DNA from: an uncultured Acidobacteriota bacterium
GTDB taxonomy: Bacteria; Acidobacteriota; Vicinamibacteria; Vicinamibacterales; 2-12-FULL-66-21
Reading direction: 5' to 3'
Length of the DNA stretch: 64,000 nucleotides
Assembly: GCA_963820645.1 (NCBI GenBank)
Contig: CAWGAS010000031.1
Location: 156,984-220,983 of the forward strand
Position numbers and translations under genes: made by a program. Positions 28,943 to 39,413 of the stretch are shown piece after piece (position 1 is the stretch's first letter; each line of letters begins with the position of its first letter). The notes below the pieces were generated by a model that was given only the letters and a program-made list of their open reading frames with translations, was not told where the DNA came from and did no database searches.

Positions 28943-30313
28943 ATGACGTCACAACATAACCCTCCGCCGACGAGCGCCGACGGCTTCCCGGTGCTGGACC
29001 CGCACGTGGCGGGGATCGATGTTGGAAGCGAGCGGCATTGGGTGTGTGCACCGGCGACGACCGGGTTGGGCCGGGACGTGGCGGTCTTCGACGCGACCAC
29101 GCCGGGCCTGCAGCAGCTCGCGGCGTGGCTGCACGCCCGGCAGGTGCGGTCGGTCGCGCTGGAAAGCACCGGCGTGTACTGGATTCCGGTGCACGAAGTG
29201 CTTGAAGCTCAGAGCTTCGACGTGGTGCTCGTCGACACGCGAACGCTCGGCCGGGTTCCCGGGCGGACCAAATCGGACCGTCGCGACTGTGAGTGGATCC
29301 AGCGGCTGCACAGTTGCGGGCTGCTGCGCGGCGCGTTCCGGCCTGGCCCGCAGGTCTGTATGCTGCGCACCCTGGTGCGCGACCGGGCGACGCTGGTGGC
29401 CGAACGCGCCGACTGGGTGCGGCGGCTGCAGAAGAGCCTGGATCAGATGAACGTCCGCATCCATCGCGCCGTCTCGGATCTCGACGGGGTCACCGGCTTG
29501 GCGATGCTGCGAGCCATCGTCGCCGGCGAACGGGACCCGCACCAGTTGGCCACCTTGCGGGATCCACGCTGTCACAAGAGTGAAGCGGAGATCGCCGAAC
29601 AATTGACCGGCCATTGGCGAGACGACCATCTCTTCGCGCTCGGGCAAGGCTTGAAGATGTACGACGCGCTCACCGACACCCTGACCGCCTATGACGGGGA
29701 GATTCTGCGCCAGCTCGACGCGATGTCGCGCGCCGACAGCCCCAACGATCCGCCGCCGCCGGTCAATCGCGCGAAAGTCAAAGGGATCAAAGCCCGCGGC
29801 GAAGACCCCTTGCGCCGCGCCCTGTACCGCATGAGCGGGGTGGACCTCACCACGATCGACGCCCTCGGGGTCGCGACGGTGAGCGTGGTCCTGAGTGAAT
29901 ACGGGGCGGATCTGACCAAGTTTCCGACCGAGCAGCAGTTTGTCTCGCACGTGGGATTGGCGCCACACAAACCGATCTCCGGCGGGAAGGTCCTCAAGCG
30001 CAAGCGCAAGCCCGGCAGTGCCAGCGCGCGCGTCGGCGCCGCCTTGCGGATGGCCGCACTCACGATGCGGCACAGTCAGACCGCGCTTGGCGGCTATTAC
30101 CGGCAGATTGCCCGACGCGCCGGGGCCGACGTCGCGGTGTTTGCCACCGCCCGCAAACTCGCGCAATTGATTTATCGCCTCCTGCGATGGGGGCACCCTT
30201 ACATCGACGAAGGCGCCGCCGCGTATGAGAAGCGCTATCGTGAAGCCCGAGTCCACCGCCTCGCTGCCACCGCGAAAGATTTGGGCTACACCCTTGTTTC
30301 CGCCGAGGCGTAG
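28943..30313 (+). CDS. IS110 family transposase (DEDD RuvC-like N-domain plus Transposase_20 C-domain)
   Basis: Intact 456 aa. AGIDVGSERHWV, ALESTGVYWIPV, KSDRRDCEWIQRL, HVGLAPHKPISGGKV. Confidence 0.9.
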   Translation: MTSQHNPPPTSADGFPVLDPHVAGIDVGSERHWVCAPATTGLGRDVAVFDATTPGLQQLAAWLHARQVRSVALESTGVYWIPVHEVLEAQSFDVVLVDTRTLGRVPGRTKSDRRDCEWIQRLHSCGLLRGAFRPGPQVCMLRTLVRDRATLVAERADWVRRLQKSLDQMNVRIHRAVSDLDGVTGLAMLRAIVAGERDPHQLATLRDPRCHKSEAEIAEQLTGHWRDDHLFALGQGLKMYDALTDTLTAYDGEILRQLDAMSRADSPNDPPPPVNRAKVKGIKARGEDPLRRALYRMSGVDLTTIDALGVATVSVVLSEYGADLTKFPTEQQFVSHVGLAPHKPISGGKVLKRKRKPGSASARVGAALRMAALTMRHSQTALGGYYRQIARRAGADVAVFATARKLAQLIYRLLRWGHPYIDEGAAAYEKRYREARVHRLAATAKDLGYTLVSAEA

Positions 30314-30343
30314 GGGCAGTCTCGAAGAAGAGTTACAGACGAG

Positions 30344-30396
30344 GAGTTTCTTGTTTTAAAAGACAAATCTCCTGATCTCTTGACCTCCTGTTCAAC
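30344..30396. repeat. Right half of the class E palindrome interrupted by IS110
   Basis: gagtttcttgttttaaaagacaa (loop) followed by atctcctgatctcttgacctcctgttcaac. Confidence 0.75.
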
Positions 30397-30431
30397 GTGG
30401 TTTTGGAAGTTGGCAGTTTCGGACGTGTCCT

Positions 30432-31709
30432 CTACAGGAATGCAGGCGCGCCCCCTCTGAAGTCGGCGCCCAGGATGGCGGCGGAGTCGGCCCCCAGCCA
30501 GCGGTCGATGACGCGGGCGTAGACGGAGCGGAAGTCGGTCTCGTAGCGGCACGTCGTTGCCGCTGTTCTCGAGCGTCGGATTGTCGGCGGCGGGATTGCA
30601 GGTTCGGGGCCGTGCCGTAGATGCCGCCGTTCACGCCGCCGCCAATCGCCATCATCACGCTGCCGCGCCGTGGTCGGTGCCCTGGCTGCCGTTCTCGGTG
30701 ATGCGGCGGCCGAACTCCGAGAACTGCAGCACAGCGTGTCGCCGAGCAGACCCTGGTTCTGCAGGTCGTTGTAGAACGCGAGCACGGCGTCGTTCAGCGT
30801 CGACATCAGGTTGGAGTACGACCCGTTGGCCTGGTTGGGATTCTGCGCCGCGTGCGTGTCGTAGCCGCCGGTCTGCACCCAGAACACCTTGGTCCCGATG
30901 CCCCCCGACCATCGCCCCGGCGACCGCCTGGAACGCCTGCGCGAGATCCGTTGTTCGGATAGGTCACGCTCGACCGTACGACCGACCGGCGCGACGCGAT
31001 CGAGCGTCGCGAACGCCGCCTGCGCGGTGGCGTTCACGAATGACAGGTGCGGACGGTCGACCGGCAGATGCGACGAGATCCTCGTCGCCGCTCGCACGCG
31101 CGAACTGCGCTTCCGAGCCGCCGGTTGGGGCTCTGAAACGCGTAGCCCTGCGACGCTTGGAATCGCCGGCACGCCGACGATGCGCGACCAGCAGCGAGCG
31201 CGGCATCTCGCGCGTGGTGTCCACCCGACGAGCGGATCGACCGGCGACGGCAGCGTGTCGAGATACCGCCCCAGCCAGCCGGTGCCCTGCGGCGATCGGG
31301 ATCGGCCGTGGACCAGATGTCGGTGCCGAGAAAGTGCGAGCGGCTCGAGTTCGGATAGCCGGTCCGCTGAACATCGCGAGCCGGCCCGGAGTCGAAGATC
31401 GTCTCGCAGCCCGGTACAGCCGCGGGTGCAGCCCGAGCGCGACACCGCTCCTGTCGCGTGCCGATCTGCAGCACCTGACCGGCGGGGACGGCGATCGTGG
31501 GCCGGCGGCTGTAGTAGTTGCCGTCGGTGTACGGGCATGAGCGTGCTCAGCGAGTCGTTGCCGCCGCTCAGATAGAGCATGACGAGGATCGCCGGCTTGC
31601 GATGCCCTGCGCCTGCGCGAGCTCGCTGAGGAAGCGCGGCGCGGCGAAGCTCACCGTGAATGCGGCGACACCGCCGCGGAACGAACTCGCGTCGGGTGAT
31701 CCATGTCAT
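30432..31709 (-). pseudogene. DUF1501 (sulfatase-like) protein with a Tat-type N-terminus, multiple frame switches
   Basis: MTWITRREFV..., KPAILVMLYLSGGNDSLSTLMP, TKVFWVQTGGYDTHAAQN, YETDFRSVYARVIDRWLGADSAAILG. The intervening stretches are readable only in other frames. Confidence 0.7.
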
Positions 31710-31730
31710 CGTTCTGCGTTCCCGGAACGC

Positions 31731-33232
31731 TCAGACGAGCTGATACTCGCCGACGACCCGAGCGACAGATGCGCGAGTCCGGCGCGCCTTGGTCAGCGAG
31801 CTCGGCGTCGATCCCGTCCACGTGGCGCCCGCGCCCGGAGATAGTCGAGCAGCGTCACCGATAGGGCGCCGCTGTCGAAGGTGGCCGCCGTAGAGCCGAT
31901 CCAGCATCGAAGCGAGAAGCGAATCGGGCGTCTTCGCCGAACGGCTTGGCCGCAGTCGCGCAGCGCGAACTTCTGGTTGGTGGTCGAGCGCCGACGCGAA
32001 GTTCATGCGCGCCAGCATGGCCCCCGTCGAGAACCAGCCGCGACCCCGGTCCCACCCGTTCACGTCAGGCGGCTCGAACAGCTGCTGTCCCATGTTGACC
32101 AGCGGCGTCAGCGCGTCGTCGACCGAGAATCCGGTCCAGCCGACCTCCTTGAGCGACGCGGACGACGAACTCCACCGGCGCAGGAATAGCGCGCGAAGGA
32201 TGTCGACGGATCGCTGGAACTCCGGCGACCGCAGCACCGCCGACCACCGCTTCATGTTCGAAGCTGCGTCGGAGAACGTCCCGGCGATGCTGTTGACCCC
32301 GCTCGTCCGGCGGCTGTCGACTTCGCTGACGAAGAAGCGCGTACAGCTTTCGCGCCAGCCGGCGACCCGTCTCGGGATGGCGAACGACCGCAGCGATGCA
32401 GATCGATGCCGTCCTGCATGCCGGCGTCGGCGGCGCGGGCGGCAATCGTCCGGTTGCCGTCGCTGTAGATCGGGAACGAGAACTCTTCGCGGTCGTGTCG
32501 TGCTGCCCGGCGTTGTAGAAGAACGCGTAGCTGACGGTGGCACCATCGCCGGTCCGCCTCAGGTTCCATCCCGTGAACACGTGCGCGCCGGCGTACACGT
32601 CCGGCTCGGCGAAGGTGCCGACGCCGAACGTGAAGAGCTCCATCAGCTCGCGCGCGAAGTTCTCCTGCGGCCGGCCCTTCACATTCGTGCGCCCGTCGAG
32701 CCAGACGAGCATCGCCGGGTCTTTGGCGATCTCGATGAGCAGATCGCGGAAGTTGCCGAGCGCGTACTCGCGAAACAGCTCGATCTGCCCCTTGACTCCC
32801 GCCGGGTCTTCGGACGGCTTCGCCGCCATCATCCGGGTGGCGTCGGTGCCGCCGTAGACGCCGGCAATCTTGCTGTAGGCGGTCGCGAAGTGGTTGTGCC
32901 AGAAGAGCGTCATCTTCTCCTGGAGCGGGCGCGGGCGTATGCACCATGCGGAACAGCCAGCGCTGTCGGGCGTCGTTGATGATGGTGTTGGGCTGGAACC
33001 GCGCGCGACCGTGGTCAGAGACGTAACCCGGCGTGCCGATAGGCGTCGACATCGTCCGGGAACGCTTCGGAGTTGAGCAGGCGACGGACGCGGCCGGAGA
33101 AGCCGAGGTCCGAGTAGTCGTCGAGCTCGGCCGGCTGGCGCCGAAACCGGCGCGCCTCAGAAGGTGCTCGATGGGCTGCTCACCCCGGCGGGGTTTCTCG
33201 TCGCGTTGGCGTGGTGCGGGCCTGACTTGCAT
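31731..33232 (-). pseudogene. DUF1800 protein, multiple frame switches
   Basis: IEHLLRRAGFGAS..., MTLFWHNHFATAYSKI...NFARELMELFTFGVG, PPDVNGWDRGRGWFSTGAMLARMNFA. The pieces lie in three frames. It forms the classical pair with the DUF1501 gene downstream. Confidence 0.7.
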
Positions 33233-33261
33233 GGCGTTCCCGCTTTCTTGCTGCAGGCGCT

Positions 33262-34487
33262 TCAGAGCACCCGAGTGAACCCGAACAGCTCGTCGCCCCT
33301 GGCGGCCTCTCCCTGGAGCTGGCGCAGAAGTATCCGAGCGGCCAGCCAAGCAAAGCCCGCGCCGTGGCGCCCGGCCCCCATTGCGAACAAGTGGCGCGGA
33401 AAATTGCGGTGCAGCCCCACAAACGGCAGGCGATCCACGGTTTCGTAATGTACGAAATCCCAGGCCCACTCGGCCTGAATGCCTGAAATCGCGGGATAGA
33501 GCGTCGACAGCTCGTACATCAGCTGCCCGGTCCGCTGGACGAGCGCCTTGTCGCTCGCGCGGGGCGTGACTTCGGGCTGGTCGGCCCCGGAAAACATGAC
33601 ACGGTCGTCGCGCATCCAGCGGAGGAAGTGCGGCGGCGTCTCGCTGTCGCGCAGGGCAGCCGCCCGGCGGCCGACGTCGCGACGGACCGCCGCCGGCAGC
33701 GATTCGGTGACGACCGCGTAGCCGTGCCTGGCCTTGAGATGACGCCGCAGGGCCCGCAGGTCTGCGAGGGGGGCGCCGGTCGCAATCAGCACCGTGTCGG
33801 CCCGGACGGTGCCCGCGGCGGTCGTGATCTCGACCTGCTTCCGTCCGGCGCGGATCCGGCGGACGGGAGACTTCCCGTAGAGCGCGGCGCCGCGGCCGGC
33901 GGCGGCCGCGGCAAACGCCACGCACGCGCGGTACGGATCGAGCGCGGCCCCGCGGGTCCGGATCGCCCCGCGCCGCCCTCGAGGCCCGTCTCGCGCGCGA
34001 GCGCGGCAGGCGTCACCCAGCTGTGATCCAGCCCCGCCGCGCGGCGGCCCTGGTACTCCCGCTGCAGCTGACGGGCGGCGTTGGCGTCGCGGCGCGTGAA
34101 GATCAGCAGATCCGCCGGCGCGAGATCGCATTTGACTTCGAGGCGGCGGATCGCGGCCGGAAAATCGAGCGACGCCCGCCTCATCGCCTGCCACAGCGTC
34201 CGCGCCGATCGCAGGCCGTGCAGCGCCGACGTCTCCTGAAAGGAGGCGTCGAAGTCTTCGCGCACGAGCCCCAGCCCCCGCGCCGTCGCGCCGCCGCCGA
34301 TGGCGTCCGCTTCGAGCAGCACGACCTTCACGCCGGCCGCCGCGAAGGACAATGCACAGGCGCAGCCGGTGAGGCCGCCGCCGACGATCGCGACGGTCGT
34401 TTCCACGTTCCCGTGAAACCGCGGGTACGACGGACGACGGCTCTTCGGAAATCGATCGAGCCAGTAAGGGACGTTGCGAATCGGCAT
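33262..34487 (-). pseudogene. FAD-dependent oxidoreductase (DAO family), read in two frames
   Basis: VAIVGGGLTGCACALSFAAAGVKVVLLEAD (dinucleotide fold) in one frame. The C-terminal 230 aa (DTVLIATGA...FVGLHRNFPRHLFAMGAGRHG) are in another. The frame switch lies near 33970. Confidence 0.75.
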
Positions 34488-34550
34488 GCCAACAGAGCCT
34501 AAAGCCTAAGCGGGGCGGTGTCTACCTGCTTCCCGCTCCCCCCGCTCCCC

Positions 34551-35144
34551 TTACCTCTTCGATCCCCGGTACACCGCGACCGCCGACACGATCGTGCCGA
34601 TCACGGCCAGCGCGATCATCACGCCGACGATGACGGTGAACGTCGGTGACTCCATGACCGACAGGACGCGGCGGCCGTAGCGCGCGGCCAGGGCGCCTTC
34701 CACGCCGAAGCGCAGCAACCGGACCGCCGCGAGCGTCGTGAAGAAGCTCCACGCACTGACGCGCAAGGCGCCGCTCGTCAGCACGAACGCGGTGAACGGA
34801 AACGGCGGCGGGATGATCGCCAGCGCCGCGACGCCCACGGCCGCCTTCTGGCTCACGTGCTCCAGGCTCCGTTTCAGCCGCTTCGGGTTGATCAGTTTCG
34901 ACAGGCCGTGCTCCCCCACTTTGCGGCCGATCCAGAACGTGAGGCCGGCGCCGATTACGGAGCCGGCCGTCGCAAGCGGCGCGTACAACCAGAAGAGCTC
35001 GGGATGGCGCGCCGACAGGATGATGACGACGAAGTCGATGCCGAGAGGCAGGAAGAAGACCATGGACGAGTCGAGCGCCCCCATGACGACGAGGCCGCCT
35101 GGCGTCAGGAAGTAGCTCAGGAGCGATTGGAAGAGAGCCTTCAT
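34551..35144 (-). CDS. DedA/YqaA-type (VTT domain) membrane protein
   Basis: Intact 197 aa with 5-6 TM segments. GALDSSMVFFLPLGIDFVVI...PPPFPFTAFVLTSGAL. Confidence 0.65.
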   Translation of the reverse strand: MKALFQSLLSYFLTPGGLVVMGALDSSMVFFLPLGIDFVVIILSARHPELFWLYAPLATAGSVIGAGLTFWIGRKVGEHGLSKLINPKRLKRSLEHVSQKAAVGVAALAIIPPPFPFTAFVLTSGALRVSAWSFFTTLAAVRLLRFGVEGALAARYGRRVLSVMESPTFTVIVGVMIALAVIGTIVSAVAVYRGSKR

Positions 35145-35346
35145 GCGATGACAGGGTAAGCTGAAGCCTGGAAGTTGCGCATTCGGGGGTTCGAGGGCGA
35201 TGCATCCTCGAGGAACCGCGACAAACGCGCGGCGGGACCGGCTGCGTGTCCCTCAAATACTCAGGGTATTCTCGGTCGCGCCTGCCGCGAGGCGCTCGCC
35301 CGTCTCGGTGCGACGCCAGACTTTCACCACGGGCTGGGGATCTCAT

Positions 35347-36651
35347 ATGAGGAACGTGATGGCGGCCGCCTGCTGCCTGCTGATGGCAGGAGGACCGGCA
35401 GATCAAAGACCGGCTGCGGCAGCCCAACGAAGCACGATGGATACGATCGCCGAACAGTACGTGAAACTGGTCCTGGCTCTCGGGCAGCACGATGCCGACT
35501 ACGTGGACGCCTACTACGGCCCGCCGGAGTGGAAGAAGGCGGCCGAATCCTCCAAGAGCGATCCGGCGCGGATCGAGTCGAGCGCGGTCGAGCTCGTCTC
35601 CGCTCTGGCGGGCGAGCGTGAGCCCGCCGACGAGATGCAGAGACTGCGGCTCCACTACCTCCAGCGCCAGCTCTCGGCCCTGGTGGCGCGGGTGCGGATG
35701 CTGAAGGGCGCCAAGCTGTCGTTCGACGACGAGTCGCGCGCCCTGTACGACGCGGTCGCGCCGACGCTCCCCGAGTCGCACTTCCAGGAGATTCTCGACC
35801 GCCTCGCGAATCGATTCCCCGGCAGCGGGCCGCTCGTCGATCGCTACGAGGCCTTCCGCCGGAACTTCGTCATCCCTCGCGAGAAGCTCGACGCGGTCTT
35901 CCAGCGCGCCATCCAGGCGTGCCGCGAGCGCACGGTCCGGCACATGACGCTCCCCGCCGACGAGCGCTTCACGGTCGAGTACGTCACGGGGAAGTCCTGG
36001 AGCGGCTACAACTGGTATCAGGGCGGCTTCCGCAGCCTGATCCAGGTCAACACCGATCTGCCCATCTACATCGATCGCGCCGTCGATCTCGCCTGCCACG
36101 AAGGCTATCCCGGCCATCACGTGTACAACGCGCTGCTCGAGAAGCACCTCGTGAAGGACCGCGGGTGGGTCGAGTTCACGGTCTACCCGCTCTTCTCGCC
36201 GCAGTCGCTCATCGCGGAAGGCACGGCCAACTTCGGCATCGAGGTCGCGTTCCCCGGCCGCGAGCGCGTGGACTTCGAGCGGACCGTGCTCTTCCCGGCC
36301 GCCGGCCTCGACGGGTCCCGCGCCGCGGAGTACTACGACGTGCAGGCGATGGTCGAACAGCTCGCCTACGCCGGCAACGAGGCGGCGCGCCGCTACATCA
36401 ACGGGCGGATCGACGCGGCGGAGGCGACCCGGTGGCTCGAGCGGTACGCGCTGATGCCGCGCGATCGCGCCGCGCAGCGCGTCCGGTTCTTCGACCAGTA
36501 CCGCAGCTACGTCATCAACTACAACCTCGGCAAGGACATGGTCCGCCGCTTCATCGAGTCGCGCGGCGGCACGCCCGACAAGCCGGCGAAGCGGTGGGAG
36601 GAATTCGAGAAGCTGATCTCGTCGCCGCGGCTGCCGTCGGGCTTGCAGTAG
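35347..36651 (+). CDS. DUF885-like putative metallopeptidase (secreted)
   Basis: Signal-like N-terminus MRNVMAAACCLLMAGG and the motif ACHEGYPGHHVYN (HExxPGHH). The start is taken at the ATG at 35347 within the longer listed ORF. Confidence 0.55.
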   Translation: MRNVMAAACCLLMAGGPADQRPAAAAQRSTMDTIAEQYVKLVLALGQHDADYVDAYYGPPEWKKAAESSKSDPARIESSAVELVSALAGEREPADEMQRLRLHYLQRQLSALVARVRMLKGAKLSFDDESRALYDAVAPTLPESHFQEILDRLANRFPGSGPLVDRYEAFRRNFVIPREKLDAVFQRAIQACRERTVRHMTLPADERFTVEYVTGKSWSGYNWYQGGFRSLIQVNTDLPIYIDRAVDLACHEGYPGHHVYNALLEKHLVKDRGWVEFTVYPLFSPQSLIAEGTANFGIEVAFPGRERVDFERTVLFPAAGLDGSRAAEYYDVQAMVEQLAYAGNEAARRYINGRIDAAEATRWLERYALMPRDRAAQRVRFFDQYRSYVINYNLGKDMVRRFIESRGGTPDKPAKRWEEFEKLISSPRLPSGLQ

Positions 36652-36677
36652 GAGGGAGGCGCAGAGGATGCCTGAGA

Positions 36678-36772
36678 CAGCGGAGACGGTTTTCACCACA
36701 GAGTTAACGGAGTAAACGGAGAACAAGCAAAATTTGTTTTCTTCTCCGCTATCTCCGTTTACTCTGTGGTGA
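36678..36772. repeat. Tandem-armed palindrome, class D variant
   Basis: caccacagagttaacggagtaaacggagaa, then loop caagcaaaatttgttttc, then ttctccgctatctccgtttactctgtggtg. Confidence 0.85.
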
Positions 36773-36846
36773 ACACACTCTGACGATCTTCAACTCCGTT
36801 ACCTCCTGGCCGCGCCTCGGGGGCGCTCGTCCTGTGCGCCGCCGCG

Positions 36847-38104
36847 TTGTGCCTCGCCGGGTACGTGTTCGTGTATGCGACCGGGCGCGCGGGCGTGCCG
36901 ATTCGATCCGACGGGTTCAGCTACTACGTCTACCTGCCGTCGTGGTTCCTCTTTCACGACACGACGCTCGCCGCGGCCGCGCGCGATTGCTGCGGCGGTG
37001 AGTTTCCCGGCTACACGGCGATCATCCGCTGGCCCGGCACGCGCCGCTGGGTGAACGCGCACCCGATCGGCGTCGCGATCATGCAGGCGCCGATGTTCGC
37101 GGTCGCGCACGGGCTCACGCGGTGGACCAACCTCTCGCCCGACGGGTTCACGTTCTATTACCAGCACGGCGCGGGATTGTCCGGGCTGATCTGGATCGTC
37201 CTCGGCCTCTGGATGCTCCGGCTAATCCTGCTCCGCCACTTCAGCGACGCGGTCACGGCCGCCACGCTCGTGACGATCCTCCTCGGCACGAATCTCTATC
37301 ACTACGCGACGTTCGACAGCTCGTACAGCCACGCCTACTCGTTCTTCCTCTTCGCGGCGTTTCTCTATCTGACCGAACGCTGGCACGACACCCACAGCCG
37401 GCGGACGGCCGTCCTCCTCGGCCTCACGGCCGGCCTCATCGTCCTCACGCGGCACACCAACGTCCTGTTCCTGATCGTCTTTCCCCTCTACGGCGTCGTC
37501 GACAGGACGTCACTTCAGGCGCGCGCGTCCGTCATGAGGCGGGAGTGGCGTCAGGTCGCGTTGATGGCGGCGGTCGCAGCCGTGGTGGTCGCGCCGCAGC
37601 TCGCGATTTACCACCAGGCGACCGGGCGACCGCTCGTCAGCTCGTACGGCGAGCTCGGGTTCAATTTCCGATCGCCGAGAATCGCCGGCGTGCTGTTCAG
37701 CGTCCAGAAGGGACTTTTCTTCTGGTCGCCGGTGCTGCTCCTGGCGTGTGCGGGCCTCGCCGGCCTGATGCGCTCGCGACATTCGGCACGCGCGTTCGTC
37801 CTGCCGGCTGTGCTCTTCCTCGCTGCGGACACGTACCTGATCGCGAGCTGGTGGGACTGGCAGTTCGGGGGGAGCTTCGGGCACCGCGGCTTCACGGACG
37901 CGCTGCCGGTGTTCGCCATCGGGCTTGCGGCGTTTTATTCGTGGTCCGCGCGGCGCCGCTGGACCCTCACCGCCGTTGGAGCGATCGCGACGCTGTCGGT
38001 CATGCTCTCGGTCTTCCAGATGCTCCAGGTACTGGAACGGCGTGGTGCCGTTCAGCGACACGACGTGGGAACAGTACCGGGCGCTGTTCCTGCGGATGCA
38101 TTGA
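36847..38104 (+). pseudogene. GT-C-type (ArnT/PMT-like) polytopic membrane glycosyltransferase-like protein; frame switch close to the 3' end
   Basis: About 10 hydrophobic segments. After FQMLQ the natural continuation YWNGVVPFSDTTWEQYRALFLRMH-stop (stop at 38102-04) is in the +1 frame; the switch lies near 38028. The N-terminus may be truncated by the upstream repeat. Confidence 0.55.
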
Positions 38105-38106
38105 CC

Positions 38107-38535
38107 GTGCGCAGGCGACTCATTCTCGCGATCGGCTGCGCGCTGGCGCTCGTGGCGGCGCTCGCGTACCTGCGCGATCCGCCGTGGATCCTGTCGATGA
38201 CGTCGGGGATGCGCGAGTGGGAAACGGCCGCCGACGGCACGCGCTACCGGTGGACGGGCGGGCACGCGTCGTTCTTCGTGCCGTCCGATGCCGCCGCGGT
38301 GGAGATCCCCGTGCGGACGACGTTCGATGCGGCGAACGCGTGGCCCGTGGTCGTCACCGTGACGCTCGACGATCGTCCGGCCGATCGGATCGTGCTGACG
38401 GATGCGGCGTGGCGGCGGAGCCTCATCCGGCTGCCACCGCCACGCGGCCGGCGCGCGCGCCGGATCGACATCCGGGTCGACCGCATGCGCGACGACAATC
38501 ACGGCGTCGCGATCGGGGAGATCCGTGTCAAGTGA
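38107..38535 (+). CDS. Hypothetical membrane-anchored protein (single N-terminal TM segment)
   Basis: A GTG lies right after the stop of the preceding gene. RRRLILAIGCALALVAALAYL, then a ~115-aa soluble domain. The equivalent domain appears fused to the paralogous GT-C protein at 43512-45315. Confidence 0.45.
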   Translation: MRRRLILAIGCALALVAALAYLRDPPWILSMTSGMREWETAADGTRYRWTGGHASFFVPSDAAAVEIPVRTTFDAANAWPVVVTVTLDDRPADRIVLTDAAWRRSLIRLPPPRGRRARRIDIRVDRMRDDNHGVAIGEIRVK

Positions 38536-38540
38536 CGTGT

Positions 38541-38598
38541 CTAAAGTTCTAACGTTCTAACGTTCTAACGTTTCGAAACTTTAGAACTTTAGAACTTT
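38541..38598. repeat. Tandem-armed palindrome, class G (GTTCTAAC)
   Basis: agttctaacgttctaacgttctaacg-tttcg-aaactttagaactttagaactt. It lies between convergent genes. Confidence 0.8.
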
Positions 38599-39395
38599 AT
38601 TTCTCGATCGTCGCCTTCGTGACGTAGTCGAGCTTCGGAAATGCCTTGTTCAGGTACGCGTTGCCCTGCGACTGAATCCGTGGCTGCTCATCGCTCGGCG
38701 CGCCGCCGTACTGCGGGTTGATCTTGTCGACAACCTCCATGCCTGACAGGACCACGCCGAACGGAGCGAAACCATCCCGGTCGAGCCGCGAGTTGTCGGC
38801 GAAATTGATGAAGATCTGTGTCGTCCGCGAGTTGGGCGCCGCCGATTTCGCAAAGGTCACGTAGCCGCGCTTGTTGCTTTCCTTCACGGGGTCGTCCTGG
38901 ATGTTGGCCTCGCGCCACGCGGTGTTGACCGACGGATCGCCGTTGATGCCGAACTGCACCATGAACCCGGGGATGACGCGGAAAAAGCGCGACGCCCTCG
39001 AAGTAGCCGTACTTCACGAGGTTGTAGAAGCGGTCCGCGCCCTTGGGCGCCCAGTCGCGCTGCACCTCGATGACGAACGGGCCGGCGCTCGTATCGAACC
39101 GTGCCTTGAAGGTCGCCGGGGCGACGTCTTTCAGCTTGGCGGGCGTCCTGAGCCGTGCCCTGACCGCGGCGCTGGGCCCGGCCGCGGGCGTGGCGGGCTT
39201 TGTTCCGGGTTTGGCGGTCGTCGGGGCCGGCGGCTTCGGCTTGGGCTTGGTGGTCTGCGTGGCCGGTGTCGTGGGCTTGGCGGCCGGCGGGGCCGGAGGC
39301 TTCGGCTTGGGTTCCTGCCCGATGACCGATCCCGACGCGAACGCGCCGGCCAGTGCGATGATGACCAGCGTGCGTGAAGTCGAACGAGTTGTCAT
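38597..39395 (-). pseudogene. Cyclophilin-type peptidyl-prolyl isomerase with signal peptide and Pro/Lys/Thr-rich linker, read in two frames
   Basis: MTTRSTSRTLVIIALAG..., linker PKPKPPAPPAAKPTTPATQTTKPKPKPPAP, FKARFDTSAGPFVIEVQRDWAPKGADRFYNLVKYGYFEG, then in another frame MVQFGINGDPS...YVTFAKSAAPNSRTTQIFINF. The frame switch lies near 38975. Confidence 0.8.
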
Positions 39396-39413
39396 GCGTT
39401 GTTGTCTCCCGGA

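Larger units (their letters stand above)
28704..30343 (+). mobile_element. IS110-family insertion sequence (~1.64 kb) inserted in a class E palindrome
   Basis: A single DEDD/Tnp20 transposase gene with a 239-nt non-coding left end and a ~30-nt right end. AG is present at both junctions (28702-03 and 30342-43). Joining the flanks rebuilds caggagatcAGgagttt, as seen in the intact copies at 12.2 and 18.3 kb. Confidence 0.8.

Noticed and set aside
39175-39310. Tandem repeat at nucleotide level within the PPIase gene
   Set aside because: It corresponds to the Pro/Lys/Thr-rich linker (PKPKPPAP...) between the signal peptide and the cyclophilin domain. This is an ordinary low-complexity linker and is not related to the intergenic repeat classes.
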